Origin: Candidatus Wirthbacteria bacterium
GTDB taxonomy: Bacteria > Patescibacteriota > CG2-30-54-11
Reading direction: 5' to 3'
DNA: 64,000 bases
Assembly (NCBI GenBank): GCA_903889905.1
Contig: CAISZI010000050.1
Coordinates: 45,294 to 109,293, forward strand
A program made the position numbers and the translations under genes. The notes below the pieces were generated by a model. That model did not search any database, was not told the origin of the DNA, and saw nothing but the letters and a program-made list of their open reading frames with translations. Position 1 is the stretch's first letter. Each line of letters opens with the position of its first letter. Shown piece after piece: positions 9,062-18,994 of the stretch.

Positions 9062-9508
9062 ATGGCTGCACCAATCAAACTCCATCTCGAACACAACTGG
9101 CCAGTGTATGTTGGCTGGTCCCAACAACTCAATTGTCGCGGCGTTTTTGCCCTGCGTGACATTCAGCCTGGTGAATTGGTTGAACCGTGCCCACTAATCC
9201 TGGTTCCCTTCAAAAACGAAACTGACTTTGCCAACAGTACGCCAACCAATAGCCTGGTGGACAATTATTATTATGACTGGACAGCCGAGGAATGGTGCCT
9301 GCCACTAGGCTATGCCATGCTTTACAACCATTCCTACCAGCCCAACATGAAGTATGAACGCGACTTTGAGCAATCTCTGCTCAAATACGTGGCCATCAAA
9401 ACTATTCACCAAGGCGACGAGCTTACTGTTAACTACAATGGCGACCCCAACGACCAGAAACCGATCGAATCCTGGTTCCACGAATATGGTGGACGGAAAA
9501 TTATCTAG
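9062..9508 (+). CDS. SET domain protein (putative lysine methyltransferase)
   Basis: RGVFALRDIQPGELVE, LYNHSYQPN (NHS motif), GDELTVNY (ELxxxY). Confidence 0.9.
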   Translation: MAAPIKLHLEHNWPVYVGWSQQLNCRGVFALRDIQPGELVEPCPLILVPFKNETDFANSTPTNSLVDNYYYDWTAEEWCLPLGYAMLYNHSYQPNMKYERDFEQSLLKYVAIKTIHQGDELTVNYNGDPNDQKPIESWFHEYGGRKII

Positions 9509-9528
9509 ACAACCAAAAATCGTTCTCT

Positions 9529-11469
9529 TTATTGAATCGTCACCATGATCTGGCCACTAACCTGGGTGTTAAGATCCGTAGCTACCACATACACCGTCCC
9601 TTTTTTATTGCCCGCAGTAAAGAGGCCCGCAGGGGATATCGAACCACCAGTCATCGGAGACACTGTCCACAACATCTGCGTTTCGCTTACAATACGATTG
9701 CCGATGTCATAGGCCGTCGCATAAAGCTGTAATTTACCATTGACTTTGATCGTTGCTTGCTTGGGTTGGATCACGATACGCGCAACCGTAAGCGGGATCG
9801 TTCCATAATCGTCACTCGACAATCCCAATTGCCCACCGCGGTTTACCGGATAGACAATATAGTTATAACCCAAACCTGGTTTGGCCGCGGTGTCGACATA
9901 AACATTTTTACCAGCCTGGAAATTTGACATGACAATACTGATACCGCTTCCATCCAACAACATGCGTTCAACATGATAACCGGATGGCATGATCGGGGCA
10001 CTAAGCGGTGCATCCCAAGTCAGAGTAATCCCTTTTTTGCTGGGCGTGGTGACAAAATTAGTAACCGGCATCAGCGAGTAATCATAACTATAAGGTTTCT
10101 CAGGCTGCAGCTGCGGCCCCGTTGTATTGCGCAAATAGGGTCCTACTCCACCTGAAGGAGTAATGCAGCTGACATAGTAAATATAATCTTTGTTCTTCAT
10201 GGCTGAACTGTCGGTATAGTTCAAATTGCGTGTAAAGTTGGTCATCAGGCGCATATTGCTGTAATTGATGTCCGACCGCTCAACATAATAACCAACGCAA
10301 GTCTGAACCTGAATGACACTTGAGCCATAATTCATCCAAGTAGGATAGGGCATATTCCAGGTCAACGTGTAGCTGGTTGCTGCGTTCTTGCGCACCGCTA
10401 AATTCTGGATCCATGGCAGCTTGGGATCGATCGTGGGCGGAAATGAAGGCATCGTGAGGGGTACTGTCACTGGTGGCGGAATAGGCGGCAGGACCGGGGT
10501 CGTAACTGGTGGCGGAGCGACTACTGGAATCATCCCTGAAGCCGATGTCGCCGCCGAACTCACCTCTCCCAGCGCGTCAACGCTGCGTACCCAATAGGTA
10601 TAAGCAACTCCGGGAACCGCCAATGAATCGATTATGCCCATGGATTGCGTCCAACTGCTGATCGTTCTGACATCATTGGGATTATTGTTGTTGCGGCGAA
10701 TGACATGAAAAGCCACTACTTGATGATTAGGGTCAACCGGTGGCAGCCAACGGACAATGATTGAGTAAGTCGTTGCTTCGGCACGAGTTTCGCCAGGCAT
10801 CGGGAGCAAAGGATTGACAATTGGAATGGTAGCCGGAAAAACGGCCACACTGATTGGCGGCAGCTTGGGAAAAGTCACCGGATTCGTCAGCGGCAACTCA
10901 ACTTGCATACCATAGGCTGTGCTGCAGACTTTGCCTTGGGCATCAAAACTGCGGATAGTGTAGGTATAAGGCACACCACGAATCAACGTATTGTCAAAAT
11001 AGCCAAACTGTCGGGTATAAGGAGTCATCACCGTCTGCTGATCCTGGGATCTACTCATGGCACGCGATACATAAAACCCGACCACCTGATGCGTTGGATC
11101 TGGTTCCAGGCTCCAGGCAAGCGCTATACCATCATTGGCCAGCCAATTTACTGGGGAAGCAAGCCCTGGCAAATCCTGACGCACCTGGAAGGGAGGAACC
11201 GGATACTTAATTGGACCACTGGCAGGTGGCAGCAGTTCAAAACTGATGGGCTGTCCTGTAGGCCCCGGAATGGGTGTGGTAATCGGAACCCCTGTTGAAG
11301 CGTGGCTAAACCCACGCTCCTGAATATACCGCTGCACGACAATGGTTCCTACCACCAGGCAAGAGAGTGCCAGCATCGCAATTCCCAACGCTAGGTGTGG
11401 TTTGCTTTCAGGCACAGTCGCAGACGATTTGACCAACTCGTGCTGCTGCTTTTTGTTTTTTTCCAACAT
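9529..11469 (-). CDS. Membrane-anchored surface protein with four fibronectin type III-like repeats and a C-terminal Ig-like domain
   Basis: N-terminal TM; repeated LxW...GF/YxVxR...Y/FxD...YxYxVxS/P modules separated by Pro-rich linkers; C-terminal IVIQPKQATIKV...LYATAYD...WTV...GLFTA. Confidence 0.75.
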   Translation of the reverse strand: MLEKNKKQQHELVKSSATVPESKPHLALGIAMLALSCLVVGTIVVQRYIQERGFSHASTGVPITTPIPGPTGQPISFELLPPASGPIKYPVPPFQVRQDLPGLASPVNWLANDGIALAWSLEPDPTHQVVGFYVSRAMSRSQDQQTVMTPYTRQFGYFDNTLIRGVPYTYTIRSFDAQGKVCSTAYGMQVELPLTNPVTFPKLPPISVAVFPATIPIVNPLLPMPGETRAEATTYSIIVRWLPPVDPNHQVVAFHVIRRNNNNPNDVRTISSWTQSMGIIDSLAVPGVAYTYWVRSVDALGEVSSAATSASGMIPVVAPPPVTTPVLPPIPPPVTVPLTMPSFPPTIDPKLPWIQNLAVRKNAATSYTLTWNMPYPTWMNYGSSVIQVQTCVGYYVERSDINYSNMRLMTNFTRNLNYTDSSAMKNKDYIYYVSCITPSGGVGPYLRNTTGPQLQPEKPYSYDYSLMPVTNFVTTPSKKGITLTWDAPLSAPIMPSGYHVERMLLDGSGISIVMSNFQAGKNVYVDTAAKPGLGYNYIVYPVNRGGQLGLSSDDYGTIPLTVARIVIQPKQATIKVNGKLQLYATAYDIGNRIVSETQMLWTVSPMTGGSISPAGLFTAGNKKGTVYVVATDLNTQVSGQIMVTIQ

Positions 11470-11580
11470 TTATTTTCCCTTTTTTTATAAACCATCGTAC
11501 TAGTATATCATAAAAAAACACCCCAGTTAAAAATATCTGTTATAATAACTTGATTACCTGTTAAAAAAGAAACCTTCAGC

Positions 11581-12411
11581 GTGCGTAAAATTTTTCAACA
11601 TTTGCTTTGGCCCCTGATCGTCTGTTGCTGTTTTGTGCCAAAATTTCTACACTGGCCGCACGACGTGATGCAGGGCAGCCTGATCCTGCTGGTTTGCGTT
11701 TACATGGCATTGCGCAACTGGGTCTTCCCCAAATGGCTGCATGGCAACGAACTGCGCGTGCTCCGGCTGGATGTAATTTTTGCTTCTGCCCTAGTAATTT
11801 TGTTTACCAATAGCCTGGGCGGCGTGCTGAGCGAGTTCTTTTTCCTATATTATTTCCTCTCGATTGGCTCCGCGCTGCTGCTCGGCGCTGGCCCTTCGGT
11901 GGGATTGATTCTGACGGTCATTGCCTGTTATCTGCCTGATTTCCCACGCACCAGTGCCAACCAGCTACTGTTTGGATCATCCGATGTGGTGCCCTTTTGC
12001 CTGAGGCTGCTATTTTTGCTGGGCGTGGTACCAATCAGCGCTTATTTCGCCAAATCCTACCTGCTGTCACAAAAACTGCAAAAAAAGATTTTCATCCTGA
12101 CCAGCCAGAAGAAAAAATACGAAGATGCCCTGGAATCAATTCAGGACGACGTCATTGCCTGGGGTGCCTTCCGCATCCGCAGCGCCCTCAGTACCACCAA
12201 AAACTACCTGGACGCCGTCATGCCCAAAGTCGATGATCCAACCCGGGAACCAGTACCCAGTGACCTTCAAGCCCAGTATATCCAGGTCGCCTTTGCCAAA
12301 AACGAAGAAGCCCTGCACGCGGTCAAGGAACTCGAGCTGCGTTTTTCGTCTGATCCCATTCGGGACATGATGGCTGTGGAAAAACTGCCCAAAGATAACG
12401 AAAACGCGTAA
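11581..12411 (+). CDS. Multi-TM membrane protein with cytoplasmic helical tail (sensor-kinase-like N-terminus, no ATPase domain)
   Basis: About 5 hydrophobic segments, GGVLSEFFFLYYF motif, then coiled-coil; no N/G boxes. Confidence 0.55.
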   Translation: MRKIFQHLLWPLIVCCCFVPKFLHWPHDVMQGSLILLVCVYMALRNWVFPKWLHGNELRVLRLDVIFASALVILFTNSLGGVLSEFFFLYYFLSIGSALLLGAGPSVGLILTVIACYLPDFPRTSANQLLFGSSDVVPFCLRLLFLLGVVPISAYFAKSYLLSQKLQKKIFILTSQKKKYEDALESIQDDVIAWGAFRIRSALSTTKNYLDAVMPKVDDPTREPVPSDLQAQYIQVAFAKNEEALHAVKELELRFSSDPIRDMMAVEKLPKDNENA

Positions 12412-12417
12412 AAATGT

Positions 12418-13266
12418 TTATTCAGAATTTAATGTTTTCCCTTTGAAATTTTTGATCCTCCATTGTCCCTCGCCCATGACACGGATGTCGCGGCGTTCAA
12501 ACAGTAGGTATCCGGCCAGTGAGCAGACAAACCCAACAACGACATACCCCAGGAACCATTTCCAATTCATGCCGTGAATGGCATCAGCACCCTGATAATA
12601 GTGGTTTGGAAGCAAATAGCCAACGTCGCGCAGCTTGGTCCCAATTTTACTCAGCCCGTTTAACAAAAATCCACCCACAACAAGCAAAGCCGTCACCATC
12701 GCCGCCAGTTTGCGCGAGGGTAACAACATGCTCATCAGCACGGCGACGCCAAAATACAAAAAAATGATTCCCAGGAGCGGCAAAAACGCGACCGCGAGCT
12801 GCGCCGGGTCCAGGCTAAAGGACGCCCACAGTTTGGCCAGGATCATCCCCAGCCACGCGATAGCCATAATCAAAGTGGTTGCCAGCACCGTCCCGCCAAA
12901 GCGTCCCCAAAAAAAACTGGAACGGCTCACCGGATGCGCCAGAATTAAATCCAGATTACCGTTTTCCTCGTCTGCCGCCACCAGTCCGCTTCCCACGAGC
13001 AAGGCAAAAATGCCCAGAATGATTGGCATCATGGAGAAAAATTCCGTATTCAAAAAACCCACCGGCGTGGAATACTGGCTAAAATCGCCAATGAACGCCA
13101 TCATGTCTTTGGGGTAAAGTTTGAGCAGGTCATCAATCTTCGTGCCTTGCCCGGCAATCGTGTTGAAAAACGAGACCATCATCATACCAAACAAACCCAA
13201 CGCAATCCCCCAGCCGATGATCTGACCGCGCAGTCTCTGCAGCGTTTGCTTAACGATGGTGATCAT
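12418..13266 (-). CDS. ABC-2 type transporter permease
   Basis: Six TMs, EENGNLDLILAHPVSR motif, ends FERRDI; GGAGG RBS; overlaps the ATPase gene. Confidence 0.85.
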   Translation of the reverse strand: MITIVKQTLQRLRGQIIGWGIALGLFGMMMVSFFNTIAGQGTKIDDLLKLYPKDMMAFIGDFSQYSTPVGFLNTEFFSMMPIILGIFALLVGSGLVAADEENGNLDLILAHPVSRSSFFWGRFGGTVLATTLIMAIAWLGMILAKLWASFSLDPAQLAVAFLPLLGIIFLYFGVAVLMSMLLPSRKLAAMVTALLVVGGFLLNGLSKIGTKLRDVGYLLPNHYYQGADAIHGMNWKWFLGYVVVGFVCSLAGYLLFERRDIRVMGEGQWRIKNFKGKTLNSE

Positions 13267-14158
13267 GGTCACCTCCGCCGTAATACGACAAAAATACCTC
13301 TTCCAGACTGGGATGCACCGACTCCAGATCCACCACTGCGTATTTGCCCAGCAGCTGCATCAAGGCCTGCAAACTGCCTTCCACCTGAAAGCTGGCCAAA
13401 TGGTCACGGACATGCAAATGTCGCACGCCAAGGGCTTTGAGTTCGGCCACCGGCACTGTGTCCCTGAAGCGGACTTCCACGATGCGCAGTGAACGGTGTA
13501 ATAAATCTTCGGTTTTGGCCACTTCGACGATCCGACCATCACGGATAATTGCCAATCGCGCAGCAATTTCCTGCACTTCGCTGAGCACGTGCGACGAAAA
13601 GAAAACCGTGGCACCGGCCTTGGCTGCTTCCTTGACCAGTTTCAAAACTTCCTGTTGAATCAAGGGATCCAGGCCGCTGGTGGGTTCGTCCAAAAGTAGC
13701 ACGGAAGGTTTGCTCATCAAAGCCTGCACCACACCCACTTTTTGTTTGTTGCCTTTGGACATGCTTTTGACCGGCAAGCTTAGGTCCAAATCAAGCCGCT
13801 GGCAAAGTTCCTGTACAAAATTCCAATCCAGATGGTTACCGCGCAGTTGTGCAAAATACTCAAATACACCTTTGGCCTTGAGGTTGTCCTCTAGATGCAA
13901 TTCTCCCGGCAGATAGCCGGTCAGGCTGCGTACTTTAACCGGATCAAGTTGCGGATCCAGGCCCATGATGGTGATCTTGCCACCATTGGGGTGAATCAAA
14001 TCCAGCAGGCAGCGAATCGTGGTCGTCTTGCCGGCGCCATTGGGGCCCAGGAAGCCAAAGATCTCACCCTGATCAATCTCAAGGTCAATGCCATGCAGCA
14101 CTTCGGTGCCGCCATAAGACTTACGCAGACCGGAAAATTGGATGGCGGTTTGGGACAT
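13250..14158 (-). CDS. ABC transporter ATP-binding protein
   Basis: GPNGAGKTT, MSKGNKQK signature, LLLDEPTSGLDP, SSH. Confidence 0.93.
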   Translation of the reverse strand: MSQTAIQFSGLRKSYGGTEVLHGIDLEIDQGEIFGFLGPNGAGKTTTIRCLLDLIHPNGGKITIMGLDPQLDPVKVRSLTGYLPGELHLEDNLKAKGVFEYFAQLRGNHLDWNFVQELCQRLDLDLSLPVKSMSKGNKQKVGVVQALMSKPSVLLLDEPTSGLDPLIQQEVLKLVKEAAKAGATVFFSSHVLSEVQEIAARLAIIRDGRIVEVAKTEDLLHRSLRIVEVRFRDTVPVAELKALGVRHLHVRDHLASFQVEGSLQALMQLLGKYAVVDLESVHPSLEEVFLSYYGGGDHDHHR

Positions 14159-14190
14159 GATACCTCTAAATCTTTATTAGTCGATTTTCC

Positions 14191-14380
14191 TGTCATTGCG
14201 AGGTCGTCTGCGACCGCGGCAATCTAGCTGTTTTTGTCATTCCGAGGGAACTGAGGCCTTAGTCCACTTTAGGGGGAATCCTTACTACTAGAGAACTCCA
14301 ACGTTTGGTGGAACGACGTGGTGAAGATTCTTCGCTTCCTCTTTCGCAAGGCTTCGGAAGACAAGCCGCTCAGAATGACA
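14191..14380. repeat. Cluster of TGTCAT-family palindromic elements
   Basis: TGTCATTGCGAGG...GCAATCT half at 14191-225; TGTCATTCCGAG (14235) ... CTCAGAATGACA (14369-80). Confidence 0.65.
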
Positions 14381-14382
14381 AA

Positions 14383-14730
14383 TTATTTGCACTTCACTCG
14401 TACAAAATAAAACTCGTTTTCCTCATCTCCCAATGCCTCAATCTTATGCGTGGAATTAGCCGGAATGGTGATAATGTCTCCTACTTTGTAATCTACCGTT
14501 TCATTTTCCCAATAAAACTTACCGATGCCACGCAGCACAACAAACCATTCATCCGTATCCGCGTGTTTGTGCCAGTCAAAAGCATTGCCAGGCTTGAGGT
14601 AGCCCTTGGTCATCGCCTCGAAGTATGGCGTGGTCAGCTGCTCTGGTTTAACCAGCACCTGACGCCCGCCCGACCCACCATGCGCTTCTTCAAACGGAAT
14701 TTGGGTAATGTTGCTAATGGTAAATTTCAT
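14383..14730 (-). CDS. Cupin domain protein
   Basis: WHKH...EWFVVLRG and GDIITIPANSTH motifs; GGAGG RBS. Confidence 0.88.
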   Translation of the reverse strand: MKFTISNITQIPFEEAHGGSGGRQVLVKPEQLTTPYFEAMTKGYLKPGNAFDWHKHADTDEWFVVLRGIGKFYWENETVDYKVGDIITIPANSTHKIEALGDEENEFYFVRVKCK

Positions 14731-14782
14731 CAATGACCTCCCTCTTACTTTAAAAACTTTACAAATTTTATAACTTAATCCC

Positions 14783-16003
14783 CTACTTCCCCATCACCCG
14801 CTTCACAATTTGCCCAAAGGGTAATTTCGCCTTATATTCCAGCGCACCGATTTCAAACAGCTTGTACGCCAAATAAAAACTGGCGGCAGTGTAAACAGCC
14901 AAGGCAATGATTGACAAACCCATTTCCCACCACGGCAGCGCGTCAAGCGCATTGCGGAACAACAACACCATGGCCGCGGTGTAAGGGAAAAAACTGACTG
15001 CCCGGGCAATAGCCCCGGTCGGATCGGCGAGCAGAATGGTAATAAAGTAAATCGGGAAAATCGTGGCAATGATGAAGATTGAGGAGAAACTCTGCGCGTC
15101 GCGATAGGACGGCATGATTGAACCCAATCCCACCATGGTGTTGGCCATGATGAGAAAGCCGCACGCCATGCACCAGACGCCAAAGATCAGCTGCACCGGA
15201 TCAATTTTGACGGCTGCAAAATTGATAGGAATGGGCAATTTAAGGCTCAGTGCCGAGAACCCAACCACGGCAAAAATAATCAGCGTCACAACTTGCGTCA
15301 GCACCACTCCAATCTGGCCAATGATTTTGCCAAAGATCAGTTCACGCGGCTTCACCACCGACAGGATTGTCTCAATCATGCGGTTTTCTTTTTCTTCGGC
15401 CACACTGAGAAGCAGGTAACTGGAGGCAAACATGATCATGAAGAAGTAAATGATCACCAGCGCGCCAGGGACCAGGAAACGTTCTAAACTATTATCGACC
15501 AAAGCGCCATTTTTGTAAGTTTGTAAATTTATATTGAAATTAGCACTGTAGGCGGCGATTTTTTGCGCATCACCAATGCTGCTCAGAATACTGGTTTTGA
15601 GCAAATCGGTTGCCAGAGTGGAATAGCCAGTATCATTGAGCAAACCTTTGCTTTTGGCATAGACGTCGATTTTGTGCGTCGCCAGGACATCGCTGGGGTA
15701 AACAAAGAGCGCGTCGGCACTACCATCAATCACCTGCTGGCGCGCCCGCTCCAGATAACCGGTCAGCTGCAGCGGCCCGGCGATATAACTGGGATTGATT
15801 TGACCGGATGGATCTGAAATCAGGATCAATTTGGACGCCGAGGCCTGCTTTTGGATCTGCTTAACGCTTTGCTCAGCGCTCAGGTTGGAAATGATGCTCA
15901 CCGCAATGATGAATGTCGGCAGTGCCAGCGTGGCCAGCCAGAAAACTTTTTTGCGCACAATTTTGAGATATTCTCGTTTGGCAATCAACAGGATCTTGGG
16001 CAT
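14783..16003 (-). CDS. ABC-2 permease (NatB/YhaP-like)
   Basis: IAKREY N-terminus, large extracellular loop, VAEEKENRMIETILS, GKIIG. Confidence 0.85.
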   Translation of the reverse strand: MPKILLIAKREYLKIVRKKVFWLATLALPTFIIAVSIISNLSAEQSVKQIQKQASASKLILISDPSGQINPSYIAGPLQLTGYLERARQQVIDGSADALFVYPSDVLATHKIDVYAKSKGLLNDTGYSTLATDLLKTSILSSIGDAQKIAAYSANFNINLQTYKNGALVDNSLERFLVPGALVIIYFFMIMFASSYLLLSVAEEKENRMIETILSVVKPRELIFGKIIGQIGVVLTQVVTLIIFAVVGFSALSLKLPIPINFAAVKIDPVQLIFGVWCMACGFLIMANTMVGLGSIMPSYRDAQSFSSIFIIATIFPIYFITILLADPTGAIARAVSFFPYTAAMVLLFRNALDALPWWEMGLSIIALAVYTAASFYLAYKLFEIGALEYKAKLPFGQIVKRVMGK

Positions 16004-16006
16004 GGG

Positions 16007-16903
16007 TTATTCCTTGGATACCTGGATGAAAATCTCGTCCAGGGACGGGTTTGACACTTCGAATTTGAGGATTTTGACTTTGGCTTTGACCAGATGTTCC
16101 AGTAGTCGTTGTGGGCTGATGCCTTCAGCTGGCGTGAGTTCGGCGGTATTGGTCTGCACCACACCATCAAACACCGTCCGGTCCACGACCAACTGGCCAT
16201 CAAATTCCACATGCACATTGTTGTGACCAAAACTGTTTTTGACATCCTCGAGTTTACCATAGAGGGCGCGTTTGCCATCTTTGATCATGAGCAGACGATG
16301 CGCAATCTTTTCGGCTTCATTCATTTGATGAGTACTAAAGACAATTGTCGTCCCTTTGTTGCGGTTCAAATCAAACAGGATGTCCATCAGCAGTTCACGG
16401 TTGAGGGGATCGAGCCCTTTGGTCGGCTCGTCCAGGATCAAAAGCTGAGGTTCATTGAGAATGGTGATGCCCAGTTGAATTTTCTGCTGCTGGCCCGAGG
16501 AGAGCTTGTTGATCGTGAAATCTTCCTTGCCCTCGAGGTCCACTTTTTTCAAAAATGCCAGGGACCGCGCTCTCGCCTCAACAAAGCTCAGTCCTTTGAG
16601 CTGGCCAAAATAAATCATGGTTTCCAGCACCGGACTGGTCACATACAGTCCGCGCTCCTCGGGCAGATAACCCAAAATCGCCGCCTGGTCGGGTCCAAAG
16701 CGCTTACCATTGATCAACAACTCACCACTATCCGGCCGATAGATCCCCAGCAATGCCCGGATTGTCGTCGTCTTACCAGACCCATTGGGCCCGAGGAAAG
16801 CAAAAATCTCGCCCTCCTGGATTTCAAACGAAAGGTCTTTAATCACATGCTGCGTGCCAAAGAATTTATTGAAATTATGGACCTGGATAATTGGTTCACT
16901 CAT
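16007..16903 (-). CDS. ABC transporter ATP-binding protein (NatA/YhaQ-like)
   Basis: GPNGSGKTT, GYLPEERGLY, LSSGQQQK, ILDEP. Confidence 0.92.
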   Translation of the reverse strand: MSEPIIQVHNFNKFFGTQHVIKDLSFEIQEGEIFAFLGPNGSGKTTTIRALLGIYRPDSGELLINGKRFGPDQAAILGYLPEERGLYVTSPVLETMIYFGQLKGLSFVEARARSLAFLKKVDLEGKEDFTINKLSSGQQQKIQLGITILNEPQLLILDEPTKGLDPLNRELLMDILFDLNRNKGTTIVFSTHQMNEAEKIAHRLLMIKDGKRALYGKLEDVKNSFGHNNVHVEFDGQLVVDRTVFDGVVQTNTAELTPAEGISPQRLLEHLVKAKVKILKFEVSNPSLDEIFIQVSKE

Positions 16904-17041
16904 GGTACTCCCTTTGCGCTATGCACAAGCCTAAACCACATAATATTCCCACCATCACTACAGGAGGTCAATACCGGACAAACTAAAGCTATGATATAAT
17001 TAAAAGATTTCTTCCAGATTTGATTAATTGCAGGAGACAAC

Positions 17042-17809
17042 ATGACACGTGGTCAATCTGTTTTTGAATTGGCGGCAGAAAATGTGGCAGATGAGATGAG
17101 AGGGCATATGATTGCTGGATCGGCAACAAATATTGATCATTCAATATTAGACGGTCAACCACAAACCACCTTAGCAGCTTTGGAACAATCCGTTGAAGCC
17201 ATGGTTAGAGGGATAATCACAGGTGAATTCGATCCTGCCGCGAGACAAGAGGAAATTAAAACATGGATGAGTGGCCTTCAACAACAATACGATGCCTGCA
17301 CTGAAGCCAGACGCTTTGAATTTGGGGGTGACTTGGACGACTTATGCGTAGAAATGGACCAGACGCGAAAGTATCTGATCGATAAAGACAATTTTTCCCA
17401 ATCAGAACTGACTAACCGTTTATTATCCCTTAAGTCTGCACTGAAGGGAGCCAACAATAAAGCCAAAGCCAATTTGGACTACATTGCTGCACATCCTAAT
17501 GACCAATTTGGAAATCATGACAAATCCCGGCTCCGCTTAGAAGGCAAATATAATCTTGGGGACATTCAAACTTTTATTGACCGATTAGGTCAAATGTTCG
17601 ACCTTCCTTCGCTGAATCTCTGTCTGTGGTCGTTATCAAACGGGTTGGCGGCATATTGCCGTGCTGAAATGCCCATTGAAACAAGTATTACCACTGCCAG
17701 TCGATTAGAAAATATGATTCAAACTGCTCGTATGAGCGGTAACGTCGAGACCATCCACTCTGCGCTAAACTATATGAAACTTTTCCTCTCTGGCCCGTCC
17801 AATCAATAG
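17042..17809 (+). CDS. Hypothetical protein
   Basis: 255-aa ORF, AGGAG RBS, TATAAT upstream; no recognised motif. Confidence 0.6.
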   Translation: MTRGQSVFELAAENVADEMRGHMIAGSATNIDHSILDGQPQTTLAALEQSVEAMVRGIITGEFDPAARQEEIKTWMSGLQQQYDACTEARRFEFGGDLDDLCVEMDQTRKYLIDKDNFSQSELTNRLLSLKSALKGANNKAKANLDYIAAHPNDQFGNHDKSRLRLEGKYNLGDIQTFIDRLGQMFDLPSLNLCLWSLSNGLAAYCRAEMPIETSITTASRLENMIQTARMSGNVETIHSALNYMKLFLSGPSNQ

Positions 17810-18016
17810 TGTACATATTTAGTTCTGTTTTCCATTTCGCCCTGACACACCTCAACCAACAAATTCTCAATAACCTTGTCCGGACCATGCGATCATGGGC
17901 GCGTTCATACTAGAGCCCTTTTGCAATAAACACCAAACCATAGGCGCCCAGATAATCCCACTGGCACAAGCCAAGGTCAAGGGCATCAGTCATGCAGCAA
18001 CTGCAGAGCAATAAGG

Positions 18017-18045
18017 TTGACTAGAAATGAGTTTGGCGATATAAT
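18017..18045 (+). promoter_or_regulatory. Putative sigma70 promoter
   Basis: TTGACT-N17-TATAAT upstream of the 18085 ORF. Confidence 0.6.
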
Positions 18046-18084
18046 CTAATGATCTGTCAATTACAATAAACAAAAGGAGAAAAA

Positions 18085-18894
18085 ATGGATGGAATACAAG
18101 ACCCGGGAGTAATGGACGTATCCTCCTCCGCAGTTGACGTAGTGATGCAGAAACGAAATGCCTTTTTGAATTCCCCATTTAATCATCCCACCGACAACAC
18201 AGGCAGCATGGGTGAGCTCACCGCGGAACAAATCGAGGCCCTCCCCACCATACAACTCGATAGTCAAACCGTCGCCTTAATCGATTCACTCATCAAGCGC
18301 GAAATCGATCGCGGTGATGATGGTAGCGATGACGACAGATTGGAAACAGTCATTTACTTAAGAGATGGACATGGGGCACAAATTGTTGCCAGAATGACGA
18401 ATGAAGGAACCATCGAGCTCCATGCGTCCACCCCAGAACCGAATCCCAAATTCCCTGACCAATGGCACAAAGTCGTTACTGACAATCGGCTGACAGTCAT
18501 TAAAGATGCTGACGTCAAGAATGCTGACGGCAAAAATACCGCCTGCTTTCGTGTAGTCCAAGCTGACTATAATCGGAGTGAGAACGGAGGATATTACAAC
18601 GGAAACACGACAGAAGAGATGCAGAAATTTATGAGGGAAAATCCATACAGGCATCTCACTGCCGATTATGTTAAAAACACAGCCTCAGCTCGGGGCACAG
18701 ATGAAACACAACATGATATAGGAACGGATGAACAGGAAGAATTACTGCGAATTATCCAAGAGAATATGAAAACTATATACGATAAAGACCTCAGAGAAGG
18801 AGAAGATTGGGACGTTGCTATGTTAAAAGAAGCAGAAAATGATCCGACTCAAAAGCCACGCAATAAAAAAAGAAACATGAGTTCCAGGCATTAA
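18085..18894 (+). CDS. Hypothetical acidic protein
   Basis: 269-aa ORF, AAGGAG RBS, own promoter. Confidence 0.65.
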   Translation: MDGIQDPGVMDVSSSAVDVVMQKRNAFLNSPFNHPTDNTGSMGELTAEQIEALPTIQLDSQTVALIDSLIKREIDRGDDGSDDDRLETVIYLRDGHGAQIVARMTNEGTIELHASTPEPNPKFPDQWHKVVTDNRLTVIKDADVKNADGKNTACFRVVQADYNRSENGGYYNGNTTEEMQKFMRENPYRHLTADYVKNTASARGTDETQHDIGTDEQEELLRIIQENMKTIYDKDLREGEDWDVAMLKEAENDPTQKPRNKKRNMSSRH

Positions 18895-18994
18895 ACTATG
18901 GCCATTTAAGCTACCCTCTATGGCTCCCCTCTTGGCTTTCCCGAAATGGTAGCAGTTATCCTGACACACTTTTGTTTGAATATAATACTTTCAT

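Noticed and set aside
16109-16999. Long antisense ORFs (e.g. 16109..16999, 45677..46594, 52457..53194, 1244..2005)
   Set aside because: Shadow frames opposite well-conserved genes, with no motifs or RBS
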